Shown here piece by piece: positions 19,075 to 28,800 of a stretch of DNA of 64,000 nt (its first letter is position 1; every line of letters begins with the position of its first letter). Under the pieces are notes generated by a model. The model saw only the letters and a program-made list of their open reading frames with translations. It made no database searches and had not been told where the DNA came from. Position numbers and translations under genes: made by a program. This stretch comes from Bdellovibrionia bacterium (lineage in GTDB: Bacteria > Bdellovibrionota > UBA1018). The DNA lies in the NCBI GenBank assembly GCA_040399745.1, contig JBBARP010000005.1, positions 118,048 through 182,047 of the forward strand. The letters run 5' to 3'.

Positions 19075-19869
19075 ATGGCAACGCTTGAACTGATCGATAC
19101 CCACTGTCACTTGGATTACGACTACGGCCCGAAGACGCGCGAAGATATTTTGCGCGAAGCTCGCGAGGCAGGCGTCACCACTTTGATCACGATTGGTGTC
19201 GAACTGGATTCACCCGAGCGCTTGGCTCCGCTCTCAGAAGCCAACGCCGACATCTGGCACACCGTAGGGGTCCACCCGCACGAAGCGGCCACCGTTCAGC
19301 CCGGGCAGCTTGAGAAAATCCGACAAGCCTCCCACCACCCGCGTTGTCGGGCGATTGGTGAAATCGGGCTCGATTACCACTACGACCATTCGCCTCGAGA
19401 GATTCAGCGCGCGGTCTTTGACGAGCAACTCAAAATCGCTCGCGAAGAGAACCTTCCCGTAGTCATTCATTCGCGCGATGGAGAAGACGATCTTCTCGTG
19501 TCCCTTCGTGCCCACTGCGCGCAGCTACCCAAGGACGCCGTGCCCGGAATCATTCACTGTTTCAGCGGAACCCGGCAGTTTGGTGAAGAATGCCTAAAAC
19601 TCGGCTTCTACATTTCGTTCTCAGGAATCATCACTTTCAAGACAGCAGAAGCGCTTCGCGAATGCGCACGCGACTTCCCGCTCGACCGGATTCTGGTTGA
19701 AACCGATTCTCCCTACTTGGCCCCGGTACCCTACCGAGGCAAAAAATGTGAGCCTTCGATGGTCCGCCTGACGGCCCAAAAAATTGCGGAAGTCCGCGGC
19801 ATTCCGCTCGAAGAAGTGGCGCAGGCGACGACTGCAAACGCCCGGCGCGTTTTTCGCCTTCCCGCTTAA
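19075..19869 (+). CDS. tatD: TatD-family metal-dependent DNase/hydrolase
   Basis: IDTHCHLD N-terminus, then GEIGLDYHY and a VETDSPYLAP C-terminal motif. Confidence 0.85.
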   Translation: MATLELIDTHCHLDYDYGPKTREDILREAREAGVTTLITIGVELDSPERLAPLSEANADIWHTVGVHPHEAATVQPGQLEKIRQASHHPRCRAIGEIGLDYHYDHSPREIQRAVFDEQLKIAREENLPVVIHSRDGEDDLLVSLRAHCAQLPKDAVPGIIHCFSGTRQFGEECLKLGFYISFSGIITFKTAEALRECARDFPLDRILVETDSPYLAPVPYRGKKCEPSMVRLTAQKIAEVRGIPLEEVAQATTANARRVFRLPA

Positions 19870-19894
19870 ACCGGACTTACCGACGAAATTTCGA

Positions 19895-20428
19895 TCAGTT
19901 GCTCTTGGCCGGCGTTTGAGTGGGGACGGGAGTGGGCGAGGCAACCAAATCGGAAGGTACTGCGCCGGGCGGCGGCACGAGCTGATACGGTTTTTGAGAG
20001 ACTTGAATGTCTTCAAGCCAGTACTTCACGCCGCCTTCTTTGCCGGTCACCCAAGCCGTCCCCGTGGTCTTTGAAAGCCACATTTGCCGAGAAGTCGTGG
20101 CCGATTCCTCAGCGGAAGCCGTGCGCTTTTCTTCCACCCATCGACACTCGAAAGGCCGCTTGAACGTGATCTTCCAGGCGCGCTGTCCATCGCGCTGGAG
20201 TCGCTGAAAGCGCAGCACTTCATGCAAGAGTGTCTCAGGCGAATCACATTTCAATTCGCGCCGTCCTTGAAACGGCTCACTGAGTTGCTCGACGAGCCGC
20301 GGAGCCACTTCGTTTTCTGATGGGAAGCGATCGGCCTGAGCCAAAGCCAGCGAAACAAGTACGGGAAGCGCAAGCGCTAGGGCAAAAGCCTGTCTTCGGC
20401 GGCGCAAGGGCCGAATCCGAACGCTCAC
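19895..20428 (-). CDS. Secreted hypothetical protein, translationally coupled to the upstream HD exonuclease gene
   Basis: Signal peptide AFALALALPVLVSLALAQA. Its start overlaps the stop of the 20425..21492 gene (ATGA). Confidence 0.45.
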   Translation of the reverse strand: MSVRIRPLRRRRQAFALALALPVLVSLALAQADRFPSENEVAPRLVEQLSEPFQGRRELKCDSPETLLHEVLRFQRLQRDGQRAWKITFKRPFECRWVEEKRTASAEESATTSRQMWLSKTTGTAWVTGKEGGVKYWLEDIQVSQKPYQLVPPPGAVPSDLVASPTPVPTQTPAKSN

Positions 20429-21492
20429 GTCGACTCCCCGTCGGTGGGCAATACTTCTGGTTGCGCCCAGTCTGGCTTAAAGAAGAACCTCTCGTGCATT
20501 CGATTCAGTCCCGTCCAGCGTCCCGGAGTTTGATCCTGTTCCGTGAACACGCGAATGGCGTTGATCTTGGAATCTAGGTCATCGATGTAATGGACAACCA
20601 GCGCTTCTAAGCAGTGCGGTTCTTTGGGAGAGCCATATTCCAGCTTCCCGTGATGCGCCAAAATCATGTGTTTCACGAGAAGGGTTTTCTCTTCTGGGAA
20701 ACGATCGCCGGGGATTCGTCCTGGCTGCGATTCGAGTTCGCGAATCTTCTTCGTGACCAGCTCGACGCCCATCACCAAGTGCCCGATCAAACGGCCTTCC
20801 ATCGTGTATTCGGTGACTCGGTCGTAAGCGAGTTCCCAGAGTTTACCGATGTCGTGGAAAAATCCGCCCAAGAACAAGAGGTCTCGGTCCAGGTATTTTC
20901 CGTAGTGCGTGGCCAGATGGTCGAGTGTCCCCACGATCGAAACCACGTGCTCGATCATTCCGCCTTTGTAAGCGTGGTGAACGCTCTTTGCGGCGGGGGC
21001 GCGCTTCAAGCGATCGCGAATGTCGTCGTCGTCGCGAAGCACCGATTCAGCCAGCGCGCGGTAGTAAGGATCTTTCATGGACGCGACGTATTCCAGTACC
21101 TGCTCGTAAAGCGCGTCTACATCGAGCGTGCCTTCGGCGATGTAATCTTTCGGATCCACTTCATCTTCGCGAAGCACGTCGAGACGCGAGATCACGATTT
21201 GACGGCGCCCTAAATAAAGCTGGCAGCGGCCTTCCACCCAAACAAACGCATCGCGAACGGCCTGACCTGCGTAAGTCGCAGCATCTTCCCAGATCCGGGC
21301 CTCAAGCTCACCCGTCTTATCCATCAGAACTAGGTTCATGTAGGGCTTACCGGTTTTGCCGGTGGCCAGTGAACTGAACTTCACCAGAAAGGGACCCTTC
21401 ACGGTGTCTTTGTCTTTCAGGTCGCGAATAAACTGAGTTTTAGGGGAAAAAGCCATAATCGGGAGACTATGCCGGGCGTGGCCGGGGTTCAA
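20425..21492 (-). CDS. OB-fold + HD-domain 3'-5' exoribonuclease (YhaM-like)
   Basis: N-terminal OB fold (KPYMNLVLMDKTGELEARIW), an HD domain (HHAYKGGMIEH ... FFHDIGK), and a ~320-aa architecture typical of YhaM. Confidence 0.65.
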   Translation of the reverse strand: MNPGHARHSLPIMAFSPKTQFIRDLKDKDTVKGPFLVKFSSLATGKTGKPYMNLVLMDKTGELEARIWEDAATYAGQAVRDAFVWVEGRCQLYLGRRQIVISRLDVLREDEVDPKDYIAEGTLDVDALYEQVLEYVASMKDPYYRALAESVLRDDDDIRDRLKRAPAAKSVHHAYKGGMIEHVVSIVGTLDHLATHYGKYLDRDLLFLGGFFHDIGKLWELAYDRVTEYTMEGRLIGHLVMGVELVTKKIRELESQPGRIPGDRFPEEKTLLVKHMILAHHGKLEYGSPKEPHCLEALVVHYIDDLDSKINAIRVFTEQDQTPGRWTGLNRMHERFFFKPDWAQPEVLPTDGEST

Positions 21493-21535
21493 GTCCCTTG
21501 CCTGATTGTGCCAGCCTCCAGTAGGCTCAAAACCT

Positions 21536-22477
21536 ATGAATTTGCGCCTAGATTCTGAAAACGGCGACCTGGAAACCTGCCTCTGGAGCCGCGTTCGAGT
21601 GACGGGGCCGGATGCCCGCGATTACCTTCACCGAATGACGACGGCTCAGGTGAAGCACCTGAGACCGGGTCAAATCACTTCGGGCTGCTTTCTGACGGCC
21701 CAAGGCAAGGTGCGGGCGGCCTTTTCCTTGGCCTGCACGGAAGCCAACACCTTCACTTTGGAATTGGACGCCGGCCGGGACGAGGCCTGGAAAAAGGCTC
21801 TTTTGGAGGTGATCGAGCAGTTTCACTTCGCCGAAGCCTTTGAAACCGTGGACGCAAGTTCAAGCGGGCTAAGCTGGTTCTTCCTGACTGAAAGCCCAGA
21901 AGGGGCGCAGGCAAGCCGCTTTGAGTCCTTCGGAAACCTCGAGATTTATCACCACGACTCTGGAACCTGGGGACGGCCTTGGATCAGCGTTTGGGGCCCT
22001 CGCGCAGAACGCGACGCTTGGGCCAAGACCCTGGACACGGAGTTTCGTTCAGCGAAATTTTCAGAACTGCAGGCGGGGCGCATTCAAGCCCTGGCCCCTT
22101 GGGCCGACCATGAAGTGCTCGCAGACGCCAACCCCCTGGAGATTGGCCTTCGTGCGGCCATTGCCGATAACAAGGGCTGCTACCCCGGCCAGGAAGTGAT
22201 CGAGAAGATTGTGGCCCTGGGCTCGCCCGCCCGCCGCCTGGTGCTCCTGCAAGGAGCGCCCGCCGCCTCAGCCCCGGCACCCGCGCCTGGAGCCCCGGTG
22301 CAAGATTCCGCCTCTGGCACGGAGCTGGGCCAAATCACCAGCGTCGCCCCGCTCGGCGGATCAGGCGCGGGCTGGGTCGCGCTCGCGGTGCTGCGAAAAA
22401 CTCACGCGCGCCCCGGGCAAGCGGTCCACGTCGCTGGCAGCGAGGTCGCGGTCCAAGCGGTGGCGGCGTATGAATAG
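21536..22477 (+). CDS. ygfZ: YgfZ-type folate-binding Fe-S cluster repair/tRNA-modification protein (GcvT-like fold)
   Basis: Signature KGCYPGQEVIEKI near the C-terminus and an aminomethyltransferase-like N-domain. Confidence 0.7.
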   Translation: MNLRLDSENGDLETCLWSRVRVTGPDARDYLHRMTTAQVKHLRPGQITSGCFLTAQGKVRAAFSLACTEANTFTLELDAGRDEAWKKALLEVIEQFHFAEAFETVDASSSGLSWFFLTESPEGAQASRFESFGNLEIYHHDSGTWGRPWISVWGPRAERDAWAKTLDTEFRSAKFSELQAGRIQALAPWADHEVLADANPLEIGLRAAIADNKGCYPGQEVIEKIVALGSPARRLVLLQGAPAASAPAPAPGAPVQDSASGTELGQITSVAPLGGSGAGWVALAVLRKTHARPGQAVHVAGSEVAVQAVAAYE

Positions 22478-25400
22478 GCGCGCGACCGCGCGTCACTGCG
22501 CGCAAGCGTGCGCGCTCGCGCTGGCGGTGGCGGCGGGCGCCAGTGCGCCGACCCTGGCCCGGGCCCACGGCGATGCCGCGCGCGGGGCAAGCGCCTGGAG
22601 CGAATCATCCAGCAGCGCTTCTCACTCGGACTTGGACTACCGCACTCGCCCGTGGGCCGCTCCGGCGGCGCAGAATGCGGGCGGCGCCGGCGCCATCGCG
22701 CTGGGCCCGGGCGACTCGCTCTCGCTTTCGCCGTTCTGGGAGTGGCGCACGCTGGTCAGCGATCACTTCCGAATGACGTTTCCGCAGGAACTCGAAGCCA
22801 CGGCCAGGAAGGCGGTGGATTACCTCGAGGAAGCACACCGCCTTTTGGCGCCCGCTCTTCAGTGGGAGCCGCGCTTTCGCGTGCAGGTGCTTCTAGTCGA
22901 CAACACGGATTCCGCCAATGGCATGGCCATGGCGGTTCAGCGGTTCGGGATGATTCTTTACGCCACCCCGCCCGAATCCTACTTCTCGACCTCCTACGCC
23001 GACGACTGGCTCAGGCTTCTTTGCTTTCACGAATACACGCACATTTTGAATCTGGACCCCACGCGCGGCCCCATCTATCAGGCTTGGCGGCTTTTGAACG
23101 GCGATACGTTTCTTCCTAATTCGCTCTGGGCGCCTTGGATGTTGGAAGGACTCGCCACTTTTTCGGAAACTCGCCTCACTTCTGCAGGCCGCGGCCGAAG
23201 CCCCCTTTGGCGCGCTCAAATCCGCGCAGCCGCTTTGGAAAACAAGCTCGGTCAGGATGACCACGTTTCGCTCGATCGACTGACCGGGGACGTTCCATTT
23301 TTTCCCGGGGGCGAAATCCCTTATCTTTACGGCTACGAGATGATGAACGAGCTTTCGCTTTCAGCTCGTCCCGGGGAAACCGGCATTTCTGCACTAGGTC
23401 GAGTGTCCATTCAGTCAGCCGAGCGCGTCCCGTATTTCATCAACGGAAATGCAGAAAATACGTTGGGCCGCTCCTGGACCACGGCCTGGAGTGATTGGCT
23501 GAAACGCACAAAGAGCCGCACCGAGGCTGAAGCTTCCCTACTAAAAACGGCGCCTCTCACCCGGCCCCGCGAGATCACGAAGCAAGGTTACAACGTTTCA
23601 GGACTCGCGGTTTCACCCGACGGAAAAAGCCTGCTCGTTGGTCGTAGCAGCTTGCACGAAAGAAGCGGCCTTTGGCTGATCGACCTGGAATCCGGCCGCG
23701 AGCGGCGCTTGGCAGAAAAAATCGGAGGCGCATCCCTCGCGTTTGCCGATCAAGGCCGCTTGGCACTTCACAGTAGTTTGCGCCGCCGCGGCTCAAAAGA
23801 TCTCTTCAACGAGTTTAGCGACCTCCAAGCCATCGACATCAGTACTGGACGTTCGACTTGGCTCACCGAAGGACTACGCGCCAAAGATCCCAGTCTTTCT
23901 CCCGATGGGCGCTTCGTGGTTTTCACCCTGGCCGGTGAAGAGCGCGTGAGCCTAGCCGTGGCCGAGCTTTCTCGGGACTCCGCTGGGACTCCGCGCCTTG
24001 GAAACGTGAGGCGCCTTTGGGCGCCTGAGCGCTGGGGACGCGCCTCCCAGCCTGTTTTCGATCCCACCGGTAAGCGCATTGTGTTTAGCGCTCAGGTTCC
24101 GGGCCAGCTTCAGGAAAATCTGATGGAGCTGGATTGGCATCCCGCTCTAGCAGTGTCGGAAGAGGGCGATCTACCCGCACGCACGCTTCTCAGCGACGGG
24201 TTCTTTCACCGCTATCCCACCTTCGGAAAAGACGGCGCGCTTTACTTCATCTCGGACCGAACGGGTGTGCTGAATCTGTGGCGGCTAGGCGCAGGCGATC
24301 CAAAGCCTACGCTTCAAACGAACATTCTAACGGCGCTCCAGTTTCCGGCTTTTTCTCCCGATGGCCGCCTCTTCGCATCTCACTTGGGTGCAGAAGGCTG
24401 GAATATCGCGGAAGTTCCGCTTTCGCGCATGCGCCTGGATTCCGAGCGCCTCACACTGCCCAAGCTTGAAGTGCCGCGCGAAGGAAGCAGCGAGGACAGC
24501 GTTCGAACCACTGCGGCTGCGGCCGCAACTTCTTCCAACGCACTCACCGTTCAGGATTATTCGGCGTGGCCGAGCCTCCTGCCGCGCCAGTGGGGTCCTT
24601 ACCTCACTCTTGCTGGCACAGGCCTTCAGAGCGTGGGCGCCTTTGTCTATGGGTACGACGCCGTCGATCGGCATCGGTATTTTTTTCTGGGCGATTGGAA
24701 CCGCGAGACGTCGACTGCTGAAGGTTTGGCCATATACCAAAACCGCTCTTTCGCCACGACCCTGGGTGTTCAAGCCCAGAGAAGCAGTTCGCTGGTTCTA
24801 GACTCCTCGGGCACTTGGGCCGAACGAACGGATGAACTGGATGTTTCAGCGTCGCTCCCCATTCAGTGGACCTTCAGCACTCTCACTCCTTCTCTGGAAT
24901 GGAATCGCGAACAAAACAGTTGGACGCTACTCGAAGGGGTCGATCCTGTGGGGTTCTTCTCCAACTTGCCAGACGATTCCTTCACAGCGCGCGTTCGTTT
25001 CGCGGACGGCCGAAGCTCGCGCTTGGCTATCACTACCGAAGAGGGTTTTTCGAGCTCCTTAGGCGTTCGCGCCTACGCAACCCGTGGCGGCTGGAAAGCT
25101 CAGGCAGGCCATCGGCATCGGTTTCACTTAGGTGGACACGCCGTGCTCATTCCCAGCGTTCAAGGAGTGGTCACAGATGGCGGTCGCACTGCTCTGAGCT
25201 CTGCGCGCGCGCGTATTCGCGGGCGAAACGGAACGCTGACTGATAGTTTGAGTGGTGACGCTCTCGATACGCTCATTGTGCGCGGTTACTCAGGCCAGTC
25301 TTTTTGGGCCGATTCTTTAGGCCTTGCGGCTCTCGATCTGACCTTACCCTTGGCCTATGTGTTCCGGGGCTGGAGCACAAACCCAGTCTTCTTCGATCAA

Positions 25401-25628
25401 TGGGTGGGCGGTCTGTTTGTTGAAGCGGCTCAAGCCAAGCAAGTTGCGACTCTTTCGGAAACTTATTCGTCGGTCGCACTGGCTTCTTTAGGCGCATCGA
25501 TCGAAGCGCGCACGACCTGGGGACATCACATTCCCGTACTGACCTCTTTGAACTGGAACTGGGGAACGAACGCGGCCCGAGGCGGTCAGCAGGAAGTGTT
25601 CCTGCTTCTCCGCCTCGGCGCGATTTAA
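22471..25628 (+). CDS. Large (~1050 aa) secreted multidomain protein: N-terminal HExxH region plus TolB/WD40-like beta-propeller plus a C-terminal beta-rich domain
   Basis: Signal peptide MNRRATARHCAQACALALAVAAGASA, CFHEYTHILNL (HExxH), and repeated SPDGK/SPDGR/FSPDGR propeller blades. The track ORF start at 22209 lies inside ygfZ, and the ATG at 22471 overlaps the ygfZ stop. Confidence 0.6.
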
Positions 25629-25638
25629 AACCCTTCAA

Positions 25639-28600
25639 TCAAGCCCTTCCGGACACTGACGCTTTTTTACTTCCGCGCTTTTTTTCGAGCCAAAGCTCGA
25701 AGTCGTCCAAGATGGCGATAGCAGCCGGGAACACAAACGCCGTGAGCAGGCTGCCAATGGCCAGACCCCAACCCAGCGCCAAAGCGATCGGAACAACAAA
25801 CGGATCCTTGCCGCCGATGCCGTAAGCCGTGGGCAAAAGGCCTGCAACCGTCGTGGCCGTCGTCAGGAAGATGGGACGGAAGCGAATCCCAGCCGCATCG
25901 ATGATGCTCTGAGTGCGCTCCGCGCCTTCCTTACGCCGTTGGTTCACGAAGTCGATCAGAACAATCGCGTTGTTCACGATCACGCCCGCGAGCGCGATGA
26001 TTCCCAGCATCGAGAAGAACCCAAGAGGCTTTCCGTGCAGGAAGAACGTCAAGATCACGGAAATGACCCCAAGCGGAATCGTGATCATGACCAGAAGCGG
26101 CTGCAGAAGCTTTCCAAAGGTCATGACCAGAACCAGGAAAATCCCCATGAATGCGACGATGAAAGCCCTTCCCAAGGAAGCAAAACTTTCGTTCGTGTCT
26201 TCGTCTTCGCCCCCGAAAGCCACCGTCACGCCCGGAAACTTTTGATTCATCTCGGGCAGCATTTTCTTGAGCTTGCCGTTCACTTCCAAAGCACTGGCCA
26301 CTTCCGGATTCACATCGGCTGTGACTTTGATCTGCCTTTGATTGGCTTCGTGCTGGAAAACAGCAAGTCCACGAGTGGACTCGGTTCGGCTGATGCGCGA
26401 GAGCGGCACTAGGTTTCCTCGAGCATTGGGAATTAGAATTTGCCCCAAGCTGGAAACATCTTTTCTAGCGCTTTCGTCTAATGAAACTCGAACATCCACT
26501 TCTTCCTCGAGGCCCTGGATCGAAGTAGCCACCACTCCGTCAAAGGCAGCTCGCACCGTTTGACCGACTTGCGCCACGTTCAGTCCTGCTGCGGCTGCTT
26601 CAGCAGCATCCACGCGAAGAGTCACTTCTTGCTTACCTAGCAAGTAGGAATCCTGAATGTCACTGACCCCGGGAATGGGCGCCAAGATCTTTTTCAGTTC
26701 CGCCACGACCGGCATGATCTTCTCGTAATTGCTGGCCCTGACGCTCAAGCTCACTGGTTTTCCAACCGGAGGACCGGAGTTCACTCGGTCAAAGGTCACG
26801 CGCTCTATGCCCGGAGGCGTTCCCACCTCTTTCCGAAGCGCCTCAATGATTTCCTGAGCCGTGCGTTTCCGATCCCCCTCGGGAGTCAGATAAACCGCAA
26901 CCTGAGCGTACTCGCTCCCGCGCTTCGTTCCCGGATCATTCGGGTCCTGCTGCTGAACGCCGATCGAAGTGACAAAATTGTCCAATTCGTTGGTGGGAAG
27001 GTTCGCAATGATCTTTTCAATGGGTCGCGAAAGCGCTTCGGTTTGATGAAGCGAGGCGCCTGAAGGAGCGTCCATCCGAACAAAGAACGCTTCGATTCCG
27101 TCTGACGGGAATAGAACAAAGCGCATGCCTTTTGCGGCAAGACCTAAGGAGCCAATGAAAAGGATCAATACGCCGGCTGCTAAGCGATAGCGATTCACCA
27201 AAGCTTTGGCCAATGTTCTCTTGTAAGCCGGAGTGACCGAGTGGTCCCACCAGTAAGTAATCTGACCGACCATTCGCCGCCAGCCTGAAGCTTCCTTGTG
27301 GTAGCGCTTTTCAGCGTTCACCCGAATGTAAGAAGCAATGTGACCTGGAAGGATAAAGTAGGCTTCAAACAAGCTGATCAAAAGCGCCAGAATGACGCCG
27401 GCCGGAATTTCACGAACGAATTTCCCGAAAATCCCGCTCATGAAAAGCATCGGCGCAAAGGCCAAAACGGTCGTCAAAACGGATGCGGTCACTGCAGGCC
27501 AGATTTCTTGAGTCCCCTTAATGGCGGCCTCTTCTGGGGACATGCCCTCTTCCATCAATCGTACACAGTTATCCGTGACCACGATTGCGTCGTCGACCAA
27601 CATCCCGGACACGATGATGAAGCCGATCAAGGAGACCAGGTTCAGCGAATAATCCAAGTTATAGAAAACGGCCATCGTCCCCAAAAACGCAAACGGGATC
27701 CCCAGCGACACCAGCAGCGCCACGCGGATTTCAAGGATCGCTGCCAGCATCAAGAGAACGAGCACCAAACCTAAGTACAGGTTCCCTGACAAAACCCCGA
27801 TGCGCCGAGTGATCAGCTTGGAGAAGTCATTGACGAAAGAAATGCGAAGGCGAGGATCCAAAGTCGGCTGAATCTCTGCCATCCGTTCCTTCAGCTTTTT
27901 CACCAAAGTAATGGCGTCGCCTTTTTCCTTTTTCAGCACCGTCAGGGTCACAGACGGCGCCATCTTCACACTCGAAAGAACCTTCGGCTTTTCCAGCGCC
28001 ACGCGCAGCTTGGCCACATCCTTCACGCGGATAGCTTGCCCCAGGTCATTGGCGCGAATGACGGTCTCGCCCACGTCGATGACGGAATGAAAATCCCCAA
28101 CTGTGCGAACGATTCGCTCGGGGTCGCTCACTGAAAGGCTTCTCGGCTCGATCGATCCGGCCGGGACCGAGACGTTCTGCACCTGAAGGGCGCGAATCAT
28201 TTCATCCAAGGAAATTCGGTATTGAGCCAGTTTGCGTGGATCGGCTTCAACGCGGATCTCTTCGTCTTGAAGACCGGCTGCCGCCACTTTGGAAACCCCC
28301 GAGATGGACTCAATCTCGTTCTCCAATGCCTTGGCCGCACGCCGAAGCTCAAGCTCGGGCATATCGCCCGACACCGCGACTGCGATGATGGGGGTTTGCT
28401 TCGTCTCAAGTGAGGCGACTTTCGGGTCTTCTGAACCCGTCGGCACTTTGAACAAATCGACGACGTCTTGAACGTCGGTCTTGCCGTCGTCGGCAGTCGT
28501 TTGATCCGGATCCAGCTGAATCAGGATCTCACTGTAACTATCGGTCGAGAACGAGAAGATTTTCTTCACGCCGTCGACTTCTTTCAAATCCTGCTCGAGC

Positions 28601-28800
28601 GGATTGGTGACGAGCTTTTCCACTTCCGCAGGCGAAGCGCCCGGGAAAATGGTGCTCACCGCAATGGTATCAAAGCTGACGTTCGGGAAGGTCTCGCGCC
28701 GAATCAAGAAGGTCGCTCCCAAACCCACCACCAGAATGATGACGCTGAGCAAGTCCCCGAAAAGGCGCTTACGTGCGAAAAATGCGATTAATGAATTCAT
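25639..28800 (-). CDS. RND-family (AcrB/HAE1-like) inner membrane efflux transporter
   Basis: 1053 aa with 12 TM segments and two large periplasmic loops. The N-terminus is conserved (MNSLIAFFARKRLFGDLLSVIILVVG). Confidence 0.85.
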   Translation of the reverse strand: MNSLIAFFARKRLFGDLLSVIILVVGLGATFLIRRETFPNVSFDTIAVSTIFPGASPAEVEKLVTNPLEQDLKEVDGVKKIFSFSTDSYSEILIQLDPDQTTADDGKTDVQDVVDLFKVPTGSEDPKVASLETKQTPIIAVAVSGDMPELELRRAAKALENEIESISGVSKVAAAGLQDEEIRVEADPRKLAQYRISLDEMIRALQVQNVSVPAGSIEPRSLSVSDPERIVRTVGDFHSVIDVGETVIRANDLGQAIRVKDVAKLRVALEKPKVLSSVKMAPSVTLTVLKKEKGDAITLVKKLKERMAEIQPTLDPRLRISFVNDFSKLITRRIGVLSGNLYLGLVLVLLMLAAILEIRVALLVSLGIPFAFLGTMAVFYNLDYSLNLVSLIGFIIVSGMLVDDAIVVTDNCVRLMEEGMSPEEAAIKGTQEIWPAVTASVLTTVLAFAPMLFMSGIFGKFVREIPAGVILALLISLFEAYFILPGHIASYIRVNAEKRYHKEASGWRRMVGQITYWWDHSVTPAYKRTLAKALVNRYRLAAGVLILFIGSLGLAAKGMRFVLFPSDGIEAFFVRMDAPSGASLHQTEALSRPIEKIIANLPTNELDNFVTSIGVQQQDPNDPGTKRGSEYAQVAVYLTPEGDRKRTAQEIIEALRKEVGTPPGIERVTFDRVNSGPPVGKPVSLSVRASNYEKIMPVVAELKKILAPIPGVSDIQDSYLLGKQEVTLRVDAAEAAAAGLNVAQVGQTVRAAFDGVVATSIQGLEEEVDVRVSLDESARKDVSSLGQILIPNARGNLVPLSRISRTESTRGLAVFQHEANQRQIKVTADVNPEVASALEVNGKLKKMLPEMNQKFPGVTVAFGGEDEDTNESFASLGRAFIVAFMGIFLVLVMTFGKLLQPLLVMITIPLGVISVILTFFLHGKPLGFFSMLGIIALAGVIVNNAIVLIDFVNQRRKEGAERTQSIIDAAGIRFRPIFLTTATTVAGLLPTAYGIGGKDPFVVPIALALGWGLAIGSLLTAFVFPAAIAILDDFELWLEKKRGSKKASVSGRA

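Noticed and set aside
20614-21213. 199-aa and 150-aa plus-strand ORFs antisense to the HD-domain exonuclease gene
   Set aside because: Low-complexity composition with no motifs, overlapping a confidently assigned gene on the other strand.
22209-22470. N-terminal 87 codons of the 1139-aa track ORF overlapping the ygfZ C-terminus
   Set aside because: The true start is almost certainly the ATG at 22471, which is followed by a clean signal peptide. The upstream extension is an artefact of absent stops in GC-rich sequence, and the many other Arg/Pro-rich ORFs in 22335-22840 are likewise dismissed.
23755-23785. Sigma-54 promoter-like TGGCAC...TTTGC inside the large secreted-protein gene
   Set aside because: The GG-to-GC spacing is too long (not N10), and the site is intragenic.
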